A stretch of 64,000 nucleotides of DNA from Candidatus Parachristensenella avicola. Its GTDB lineage: Bacteria; Bacillota; Clostridia; Christensenellales; UMGS416. Shown here piece by piece: positions 56,921-64,000 of this stretch; within the stretch, counting starts at the first letter, position 1, and every line of letters begins with the position of its first letter. The translations under genes and the position numbers were made by a program. The stretch lies in NCBI GenBank assembly GCA_904420205.1, contig CAJFUN010000024.1, forward strand, positions 23,442-87,441, in the 5' to 3' direction. The notes below the pieces were generated by a model. It saw only the letters and a list, made by a program, of their open reading frames with translations. It did no database searches and was not told the DNA's origin.

Positions 56921-57180
56921 ACTTCCCCAAAGCAAAGGCATGGATGGAGACGGGAAGGCCAATGTGCGTCCAAAGAGAGCCGGTGTTTGGTGTAAACCGG
57001 TGGCGTAGGGCCCAATCCTATCGCTCCTGAGCTGAAGCCCAGAAGGATGAGTAAGGGCTTCCGGGTGGTCCCGATACAGGCCAGGGGCGTGTATGCGCCC
57101 TGATGAGCGGCCGTTTTACGGCAAGATGGGTGGTACCGCGAGCAATAAACCTCGTCCCAGTAGGGACGGGGTTTTTATTT
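56921..57180 (+). promoter_or_regulatory. T-box riboswitch (tRNA-sensing leader), probable Ile specifier
   Basis: The Stem I AG bulge AGAGAG (56973-56978) and a distal loop ..UGGUGUAAA.. are present. A specifier-loop candidate CAAUCCUAUCG lies at 57013-57023. A Stem II AGUA element (GAGUAAGGGC) is also present. The canonical T-box sequence AAGAUGGGUGGUACCGCGAG lies at 57123-57142. The terminator pairs 57150-57158 with 57163-57171 and is followed by UUUUUAUUUU. An alternative antiterminator pairs CGAG/CUCG and GGG/CCC. Confidence 0.85.
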
Positions 57181-57211
57181 TATCTGAATATCCGATAAGG
57201 AGGAAAATGGC

Positions 57212-58864
57212 ATGAATCTGCTGTCGCGCTTTGTTACCCGGGTAGAATATGAAAACCAAGAGGATTTTGAGAAGCATTACCAGATCCTGGTGCCGGAGAA
57301 GTTCAATTATGGATTCGACGTGGTGGACGAAATGGCGCGGCTCGCGCCCGAACAGAAGGCGTTGGTATGGACCAACCCCCAGGGAGAGGAGCGGATCTAT
57401 AATTTTGCCCAGATGAAGGAGGGGTCCGACCGCGCGGCCAACTACCTGCGCGGGCTGGGGATTCAAAAGGGCGACAAGGTAATGCTGATCTTGAAGCGCC
57501 ACTATGAATACTGGTTCATCCTGGTAGCGCTGCATAAGCTGGGCGCGGTGGCGATTCCTGCCACTCACCTGCTGACGGAGAAGGATATTTCCTACCGGGC
57601 CAATGCGGCAGAGGTTAAGATGATCATCTGCACCTCGGAGGGCGAGGTGGCTCAGCACGTAGAGGCGGCCATGCCCAAATCGCCTACGGTGGAAAAGCTG
57701 GTGATCGTGCGCGGCAGTGAGCGTCCGGGATGGTTCAACTTTCATGAAGGCTGGGAGGCGGCTTCCCCCAACCTGGAGCGCAGGCCCGAGGATGATACCA
57801 CAAGCGACGATATGATGCTGCTGTACTTTACTTCGGGCACCACAGGTATGCCCAAGATGGTGGGCCATGCTACCGCATATGCGCTGGGTCATATCACGAC
57901 CGCCAAATACTGGCATAATAATCTGGACGGTGGACTGCACTTTACCATTTCCGATACCGGATGGGGCAAGGCAGCTTGGGGTAAGATTTATGGCCAGTGG
58001 CTGGCGGGTACCGCGGTTATGGTATACGATTTCGATAAATTTGTACCCGCCGAAATCCTTCATATCATGGAAAAATACGGCGTAACGACCTTCTGCGCGC
58101 CGCCCACCATGTATCGTTTTATGATTCGCGAAGATTTGAGCAAGATCGATTTCTCTAAGCTGACCTATTGCTGTACGGCTGGAGAGGCCCTGAACCCTGA
58201 GGTGCATCACCAGTGGAAGCGGGCTACAGGCATGGCCATTCACGAAGGATATGGCCAGACAGAGACGACGCTCACCGTATTCAGTTCTATCTATGACACG
58301 CCGGTACCGGGATCCATGGGACGCACCAGCCCGGCTTATGACATGGACGTGGTGGATGAGGACGGTGTGCACTGCGAGGCGGGCCAGGTTGGCGAAATCG
58401 TCGTGCGTACCGACCGGCGTCTGCCGGCGGGCCTCTTCCTGGGCTACTATCGCAACGAGAAGCTGACCCAGGAGGCCTGGCATGACGGGCTTTATCATAC
58501 CGGCGACACGGCTTGGCGGGACGCCGACGGCCTCTTATGGTATGTAGGCCGCACTGACGACATCATTAAGACATCCGGGTACCGCGTAGGACCCTTTGAG
58601 GTGGAAAGCGCCCTGATGGAGCATCCGGCTGTGCTGGAGACGGCGATCACCGGCGTGCCTGATCCCATCCGTGGGCAGGTCATCAAGGCGACCATCGTGC
58701 TCAACAAGGGATACGAGCCGTCCGATGCGCTGGCCAAGGAGCTGCAGGATCATGTCAAGCGCACTACGGCTCCCTATAAATACCCCAGGGTTGTAGAGTT
58801 TATCGATGAAATGCCTAAGACCATTTCGGGAAAGATTCGCCGCGTGGAGCTGAGAAATCGCTAA
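57212..58864 (+). CDS. AMP-forming acyl-CoA synthetase, medium-chain (ACSM/MacS-like) family
   Basis: AAGGAGGA lies 7 nt before the ATG. The N-terminus (PEKFNYGFDVVDEMA...ALVW) resembles ACSM-type ligases. The AMP-binding motifs YFTSGTTGMPK, GYGQTE, YHTGD and SGKIRR are present. Confidence 0.8.
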   Translation: MNLLSRFVTRVEYENQEDFEKHYQILVPEKFNYGFDVVDEMARLAPEQKALVWTNPQGEERIYNFAQMKEGSDRAANYLRGLGIQKGDKVMLILKRHYEYWFILVALHKLGAVAIPATHLLTEKDISYRANAAEVKMIICTSEGEVAQHVEAAMPKSPTVEKLVIVRGSERPGWFNFHEGWEAASPNLERRPEDDTTSDDMMLLYFTSGTTGMPKMVGHATAYALGHITTAKYWHNNLDGGLHFTISDTGWGKAAWGKIYGQWLAGTAVMVYDFDKFVPAEILHIMEKYGVTTFCAPPTMYRFMIREDLSKIDFSKLTYCCTAGEALNPEVHHQWKRATGMAIHEGYGQTETTLTVFSSIYDTPVPGSMGRTSPAYDMDVVDEDGVHCEAGQVGEIVVRTDRRLPAGLFLGYYRNEKLTQEAWHDGLYHTGDTAWRDADGLLWYVGRTDDIIKTSGYRVGPFEVESALMEHPAVLETAITGVPDPIRGQVIKATIVLNKGYEPSDALAKELQDHVKRTTAPYKYPRVVEFIDEMPKTISGKIRRVELRNR

Positions 58865-58874
58865 GGAGTCGAAT

Positions 58875-60464
58875 ATGGCAACCATCGAAGTGTTGGATTC
58901 TACCTTGCGGGACGGGGCGCAGGCCCCGGGAATTAGCTATTCCCTTCAGGATAAGCTGAAGGTGATAGGGCTTCTTGACCGCTTAGGGGTGGATCTGATC
59001 GAAGCAGGCAATCCCGCCTCCAATCCAAAGGATGCGGAACTTTACCGCCGGGCGGAGAGCCTTCGGCTAAAGCGCGCGCGTCTGGCGGCCTTTGGCATGA
59101 CGTGCCGCGCTGGGACAGCGCCTCAGGAAGATCCTGCGATGGCGGCGCTTTTAGCGGCGGATACAGGCGTGGTCGTGCTGGTGGGGAAAGCCTCCGCCGA
59201 CCAGGTGCGCCGCGTGCTGCAGACGGACTTACAGGAAAACCTGCGCATGATTGAACAAAGCTGCCGGTATCTGGCGGATCGGGGGCGGTCGGTGATTTTC
59301 GACGCCGAGCACTTCTTCGACGCCTGGTCCGACGATCCTAAATATGCCGAAGCAGCCCTGCGGGCGGCGCTGGCGGGCGGCGCACGCTGCCTTTGCCTGT
59401 GCGATACCCGAGGCGGTGCGCTGCCGGATGAGATCACGCAGGCGGTTTCGGCCGTCCGGCGGGATTTCCCCGGCTGCACCCTCGGTATTCACACCCATGA
59501 CGACGGCGGGCTGGCGGTAGCGAATACCCTTCAGGCGGTTCGGGCCGGAGCTGATCATGTGCAGGGGACGCTGCTGGGCTATGGCGAGCGCTGTGGGAAC
59601 GCAAACCTTGCCTCGGTGCTGGCCAATCTTATATTGAAAATGGATCTGCAGGCCCTACAGGGACAGGGGCTGGGATCGCTTACGTCTATTTGCCGCCAGG
59701 TGGCGGACCTGGCCAATAAGCGCCTGCCGGATACCCAGCCCTTTGTGGGATCGGCCGCCTTTTCCCATAAGGCGGGACTACATATCGACGGCGTGCTGAA
59801 AGACCGCGAAAGCTTTGAGCATATTCCGCCCGAGGCCGTGGGAAACCGGCGGCACTTTGTGGTCAGCGAGGTGGCCGGCCGCAGCCTGATGGCCCGGCGG
59901 CTGGGAGAAGATTATACCAAGGACAGCCCGGAAGTGGCCGATATGCTGGCCCAGGTGAAAGAAAAAGAGGGCCAGGGCTACCAATATGAAAACGCCCAGG
60001 GCAGCTTCGAGCTGATGGCTGCCCGGGTGCTGGGGCGTTACCAATCCTTCTTTACCTTGAAGCAGTTTTCGATCCTGACCCAGCGGGGCAAGGGCGGCGA
60101 GCAGGCAACGCATGCCACTGCAATGATTAAAATTGAGGTGAATGGGCGCAGCGAGATTACCGCAGCGGAGGGAAATGGGCCTGTGGACGCCCTGAACCGC
60201 GCGCTGCAAAAAGCGCTTCGGGTTTTTTACCCGGCCATCGACAGCGTCCGCCTGACCGACTATAAAGTCCGCGTGATTGATTCGGAAGCAGGAGCGGCTG
60301 CTTCGGTTCGGGTATTGATTGAATTTACCGATGGCCGGGAAATCTGGAACACGGTCGGCGTGTCGACCGACGTCATTGAGGCATCCTGGCTGGCCCTGGT
60401 GGATGGGGCAGAGGTCGCCCTGATGCATTGGGGCGCAGGAAAAGCATTGCCGACGGACGCATAG
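58875..60464 (+). CDS. cimA: citramalate synthase (LeuA-related, CimA type)
   Basis: IEVLDSTLRDGAQ, HTHDD.G.A.AN and a C-terminal LeuA-dimer regulatory domain are present, in a protein of about 529 aa. It lies 10 nt after the ligase gene and has its own AAGGAG. Confidence 0.8.
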   Translation: MATIEVLDSTLRDGAQAPGISYSLQDKLKVIGLLDRLGVDLIEAGNPASNPKDAELYRRAESLRLKRARLAAFGMTCRAGTAPQEDPAMAALLAADTGVVVLVGKASADQVRRVLQTDLQENLRMIEQSCRYLADRGRSVIFDAEHFFDAWSDDPKYAEAALRAALAGGARCLCLCDTRGGALPDEITQAVSAVRRDFPGCTLGIHTHDDGGLAVANTLQAVRAGADHVQGTLLGYGERCGNANLASVLANLILKMDLQALQGQGLGSLTSICRQVADLANKRLPDTQPFVGSAAFSHKAGLHIDGVLKDRESFEHIPPEAVGNRRHFVVSEVAGRSLMARRLGEDYTKDSPEVADMLAQVKEKEGQGYQYENAQGSFELMAARVLGRYQSFFTLKQFSILTQRGKGGEQATHATAMIKIEVNGRSEITAAEGNGPVDALNRALQKALRVFYPAIDSVRLTDYKVRVIDSEAGAAASVRVLIEFTDGREIWNTVGVSTDVIEASWLALVDGAEVALMHWGAGKALPTDA

Positions 60465-60507
60465 CGTTTAGAGGAAAAATGGACAAAACTACGCGAGGTA
60501 CAGCGGT

Positions 60508-61878
60508 ATGAAAAAGCTATTTTACCGGCCGGAGGGCGCCGTGTGCGCCGACTTTATTCCTTTTTGCGAAGGCGGAGACTTTGAGTTGTTCTATCTTCGG
60601 GACTGGCGGAACGAGGCGGATTACGGCCGCGGCACCCCATGGTACCGAATCAGTACCGACGACTTTTTTCACTATACCGAGCACGGGGAAGCGCTGGCCA
60701 GGGGGAGCGATCAGGACCAGGACCTTTTCGTCTTTACCGGCAGCGTCATCGCGGCGCAGGGGCAATACCATATTTTCTATACGGGCCATAACCCCGATTT
60801 TCCGAGCCAGGGGAAACCGGCCCAAGCGGTGATGCATGCGGTGAGCGATGATTTGGAGCGATGGGTGAAGCGGCCGGAAGACGCTTTTTATGCCGATGCG
60901 GCGCGCTATGATCCGGATCACTTCCGCGATCCCTTTGTTTTCTGGGATGAGGAAGCGGGCCTGTATCGGATGCTCCTGGTGGCGCGCCGCCGGGTGGAGA
61001 ATTACAATGCGGGTTTTACCGCCCAGTATACCTCCTGCGATTTGGCCAATTGGACGGAAGGCGAACCGTTCTGGGCGCCCAATCTCTACAATACCCACGA
61101 GTGCCCCGACCTATTCCGGATGGGGGATAAGTGGTATCTGGTCTTTTCGGAATACTCCGATACCCGGCGCACCCGGTATGTGATGGCTGACCATCTGAAG
61201 GGGCCTTGGCGCATGCCGGCTGACGACTGCTTTGACGGAAAAGCATACTACGCAGCTAAAACAGCCCAGCGCGATGGAAAGCGGTATCTCTTTGGGTGGG
61301 TCGCGACGCGAGCGGGCAACAGCGACGATGGCGCCTGGGAGTGGGGCGGCAACCTGGCGGTACATGAGCTGGTGCAGCGGGAAGACGGCACACTGGGCTG
61401 CCGGATGCCTGAGCAGCTGGAGCAAGCATGGGTACCGGCCGCGCGGTTGGAGAAAGCGCTGCTTGCCGGCGCGGAAGGCAAGGCGGAACAACTGCTATTT
61501 TCTGACTGCGGGAAACGTTGGCGTGTAGATATGGATCTGGCCTATACGCCGGGCACCTACAGCTTTGGCCTATCCTTTAGGCAGGATTTTGCCTCAAGGC
61601 ACGGGTACAAGCTGGAATTCCTCCCCGGAGAGGGGATCGTCCGTTTCGGCGCGGTAACCCGCGCGCTTCAAAGCGCGGAGCTATATCGCCGTGTGCCAAT
61701 GGCGCCCGGGGAGCCGCTCCATCTATCGCTGATTGCCGAGGAAGATGTGCTGGTGCTCTATGTGGGCGACCGAGCGCTGAGCATTCGCATATGCGAGCCT
61801 CAAGGCAGCAGCTTAGCCCTTTTCTGTGTGGGAGGCAGCCTAAAGGCCGAGGATATTACGCGCTATTGTTTATCATAG
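60508..61878 (+). CDS. glycoside hydrolase family 32-like protein with a divergent N-terminal catalytic motif
   Basis: The RDP motif (HFRDPFVFWD) and the EC motif (THECPDLF) are present. Where WMNDPNG is expected the protein has VCADFIPF; the Asp is kept and its neighbours are changed. Confidence 0.65.
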   Translation: MKKLFYRPEGAVCADFIPFCEGGDFELFYLRDWRNEADYGRGTPWYRISTDDFFHYTEHGEALARGSDQDQDLFVFTGSVIAAQGQYHIFYTGHNPDFPSQGKPAQAVMHAVSDDLERWVKRPEDAFYADAARYDPDHFRDPFVFWDEEAGLYRMLLVARRRVENYNAGFTAQYTSCDLANWTEGEPFWAPNLYNTHECPDLFRMGDKWYLVFSEYSDTRRTRYVMADHLKGPWRMPADDCFDGKAYYAAKTAQRDGKRYLFGWVATRAGNSDDGAWEWGGNLAVHELVQREDGTLGCRMPEQLEQAWVPAARLEKALLAGAEGKAEQLLFSDCGKRWRVDMDLAYTPGTYSFGLSFRQDFASRHGYKLEFLPGEGIVRFGAVTRALQSAELYRRVPMAPGEPLHLSLIAEEDVLVLYVGDRALSIRICEPQGSSLALFCVGGSLKAEDITRYCLS

Positions 61879-61938
61879 GGTGAAACGGCGGCTCTTGGAT
61901 CGGCCGGTGTTTCTCTATCATGCGTCGATTTGCAATTT

Positions 61939-61963
61939 GCCGGGCATAGCCCGGCGTTTTTTT
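61939..61963 (+). terminator. intrinsic terminator after the GH32-like gene
   Basis: GCCGGGC (61939-61945) pairs with GCCCGGC (61949-61955) around the loop ATA, followed by GTTTTTTT. Confidence 0.75.
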
Positions 61964-62174
61964 CTTGCTCATTTTGGCCGGGGACGAAGGAAGAACCGGC
62001 GCCCCAAGGCAGCCGGTTTCGGTGCGAGGCGGTTTCCCATGATGCTGATGCTGAAGGCCGGACGGATGAATCAAAAACACAATCGCATTTTCTTTGCGCG
62101 AGCATAGTCGCAGCATGGAAGATGTGATATAATACCCGAGTATGGTATTTTTAAGTAACAGTAAAGGATGACAG

Positions 62175-63518
62175 GTGATGGCTGTGAAAAGTGTAACGTT
62201 TCATCGCGGCGGGGTTCACCCGCTGGAGCGCGAGCATCATGGCAAAACCCGAAGCCAGGGCGAGGCGATCCGCAGCGTCTCCACCGGGCAGGTGGTATTG
62301 CCGCTGGCCAATTATGCCGGCGCACCCGCTAAGCCGCTGGTAAAGAAGGGAGACACCGTGCGCCTAGGTCAGAAGATTGCGGAGGCCGGCGGCTATGTGG
62401 GCGTCCCTTATTTCGCGACGGTATCGGGCAAGGTGCTGGCCGTAGAGAACCGGCTTTCCACCATTGGGACAAGCTGCTTGGCCGTGGTGATCGAAAACGA
62501 CGGCAAAGACGAGCCGGATCCATCCATCAGCCCCAAAGATTACCGGAACATGGAACCCGATCAGATTGTAAAGGCCATCCAGGAGGCCGGTATTGTGGGG
62601 ATGGGCGGAGCGGCGTTCCCGACGCATGTGAAGCTGAACCCGCCGCCGGATACAAAGGTGGATTGCCTGATCCTTAATGGCGCCGAATGTGAGCCTTATT
62701 TAACCTGCGATCACCGGGTGATGCTGGAACGAGCCGATCGGGTAGTGGAAGGCTGCCGGATCCTGATGCGCGCGCTGTCGGTAGAGCGAGCCTACATCGG
62801 CGTGGAAAATAACAAAATGGACGCGGTGCAGGCGCTGGAAAAGGCGTTGGATGGACGAACGGATATTACAGTGGCGCCTTTGAAGGTGAAATACCCCCAG
62901 GGAGCGGAGAAGCAGCTGATCCAAACGCTTACAGGGCGGACGGTGGAGTCGGGCGCGCTGCCGGCCTCCGTGGGCTGTGTGGTCAGCAACGTGGGCACGG
63001 CTGCGGCGATCGCCCAGGTATTTGCTACGGGTATGCCCTGTGTCGAGCGGGTGGTAACGGTGACGGGTCCGGCTATACGGGAACCGGGAAACCTTCAGGT
63101 TCGGCTGGGCACAAGCTTTGAAACCTGCATCGAAGCCTGCGGCGGCCTGACGGAGGACGTAGCCAAAATCCTGTCCGGCGGGCCGATGACCGGCTTTGCG
63201 CAGGCGACCACGGCGGTGCCGGTGATGGCGAATACCTCCGGCATCGTGGCGCTGACGGAGAAAGAGCTTCTGCCCGAAGCATCTAACTGCATCCGCTGCG
63301 GAAAATGTCTCATGGTATGTCCCATGGGGATTAACGCGCGGGACGTGGCCTTGGCGGTCATCCATAACGATTTAAGCCGGGCTATCGCGCTCAATGCCGT
63401 AGATTGTATTGGCTGCGGCAGCTGCTCCTATATCTGCCCGGCTATGCGGCCGCTGATGCAGAACATTAAGCTGGCCAGGGCCGCGGCCCTGGAGCGGGCG
63501 CGGAAAAAGAAGGCTTAG
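62175..63518 (+). CDS. rnfC: Rnf electron transport complex subunit C
   Basis: FHRGGVHP is present. The NADH/FMN-binding region GIVGMGGAAFPTHVKL is present. Two 4Fe-4S ferredoxin motifs (CIRCGKCLMVCP, CIGCGSCSYICP) are present. The start is GTG 62175 or ATG 62178. An extended -10 TGaTATAAT lies at 62125-62133. Confidence 0.9.
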   Translation: MMAVKSVTFHRGGVHPLEREHHGKTRSQGEAIRSVSTGQVVLPLANYAGAPAKPLVKKGDTVRLGQKIAEAGGYVGVPYFATVSGKVLAVENRLSTIGTSCLAVVIENDGKDEPDPSISPKDYRNMEPDQIVKAIQEAGIVGMGGAAFPTHVKLNPPPDTKVDCLILNGAECEPYLTCDHRVMLERADRVVEGCRILMRALSVERAYIGVENNKMDAVQALEKALDGRTDITVAPLKVKYPQGAEKQLIQTLTGRTVESGALPASVGCVVSNVGTAAAIAQVFATGMPCVERVVTVTGPAIREPGNLQVRLGTSFETCIEACGGLTEDVAKILSGGPMTGFAQATTAVPVMANTSGIVALTEKELLPEASNCIRCGKCLMVCPMGINARDVALAVIHNDLSRAIALNAVDCIGCGSCSYICPAMRPLMQNIKLARAAALERARKKKA

Positions 63519-63568
63519 CTCCGAGGCGGGCCTTAAAGAAATGGAAAGAACCGGAGGAGGTAACTCGC

Positions 63569-64000
63569 TTTGAAGCTGCATGTGTCGTCGTCCCCCCATG
63601 TCCATGCACCCCAGACCACCCAAAGCATCATGCGGGACGTATTGATTGCCCTGGCGCCGGCCACGGTGGTGGCAATCGTATACTTTGGGCTTAACGCGCT
63701 CATCCTGGTGGTGGCCTCGGTGGCCTCGGCGGTGCTGACGGAATTTGTCATTCAAAAGCTGACCCACAAAAAGGTCACGATCAGCGATTGTTCCGCGGCA
63801 GTGACCGGGCTTCTCCTGGCACTGAACCTGCCGGCAGGTTGCCGTTGGTGGGCGGCTGTGCTGGGCGCAGCCTTTGCCATTGCCATCGTTAAGCAGGCCT
63901 TTGGCGGCCTGGGGCAGAATTTTATGAATCCCGCCTTGGCTGCCCGGGCCGTATTGATGACGGCTTATCCCGCTATGATGAGCGGAACGTCTTACCAAAG
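63569..64000 (+). CDS. rnfD: Rnf electron transport complex subunit D (3' end outside window)
   Basis: TTG 63569 lies 9 nt after GGAGGAGG. My own translation is LKLHVSSSPHVHAPQTTQSIMRDVLIALAPA...AVTGLLLALNLP...FGGLGQNFMNPAL. The frame is open to the window end, so it is absent from the ORF track. Confidence 0.85.

Noticed and set aside
1-64000. A search by eye for CRISPR arrays, tRNA/rRNA genes, IS elements, integrases, prophage genes and known defence systems.
   Set aside because: I saw no spaced direct-repeat array, no tRNA-like T-arm (GGTTCGAATCC-type) or rRNA sequence, and no transposase, integrase or phage-like translation in the ORF track. The only tandem repeat found is the 17-bp duplication at 55424-55457.

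Overview
High-GC (roughly 60% by eye, not computed) chromosomal segment, densely coding and mostly + strand. It looks like an anaerobic Firmicutes/Clostridia-type genome: Rnf complex, [FeFe]-hydrogenase maturases, CIRCE/HrcA, T-box and an IspH-S1 fusion. Gene order, left to right: sdaAA (5' partial); an aromatic amino-acid operon aroF-aroB-aroA-aroC-pheA-aroK-aroE; a convergent folT-type ECF S-component behind a THF riboswitch; a minus-strand block (hypothetical, OYE flavin oxidoreductase, GNAT); 2-hydroxyacid dehydrogenase and GH29 fucosidase; the TM1266-like/hydE/hydG/hydF maturation operon; lepA; marR plus two ABC exporter genes; hemW-hrcA-grpE-dnaK-dnaJ-prmA-mtaB-HIT; infC-rpmI-rplT; a TrmH-family methyltransferase; mutY; a metallophosphoesterase; rarA; tldD/pmbA; rpiR; a BaiN-like flavoprotein; a HutP-family protein; a cmk-plsC fusion; an ispH-rpsA fusion; a sodium:solute symporter (-); recD2-comFC; a pfkB-family kinase; a low-GC islet (GNAT plus a Zn-ribbon ORF); galE (-); a T-box-controlled acyl-CoA synthetase-cimA pair; a GH32 protein; and rnfC-rnfD (3' partial). 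I found no rRNA, tRNA, CRISPR array, transposase, integrase or recognisable defence system. The most interesting signals are RNA-level. (1) A complete promoter/leader-peptide/antiterminator/terminator attenuator with a Phe/Tyr-rich 42-codon ORF sits in front of the aro operon. (2) A promoter-to-terminator non-coding unit of about 215-270 nt lies directly downstream of comFC, the typical position of the function-unknown raiA-motif RNA. (3) A probable Ile-specific T-box precedes an ACSM/MacS-like acyl-CoA synthetase and citramalate synthase. (4) An unassigned terminator-containing leader precedes the hydrogenase maturation operon. All protein calls rest on my reading of the supplied translations against remembered family motifs; no database search was run.
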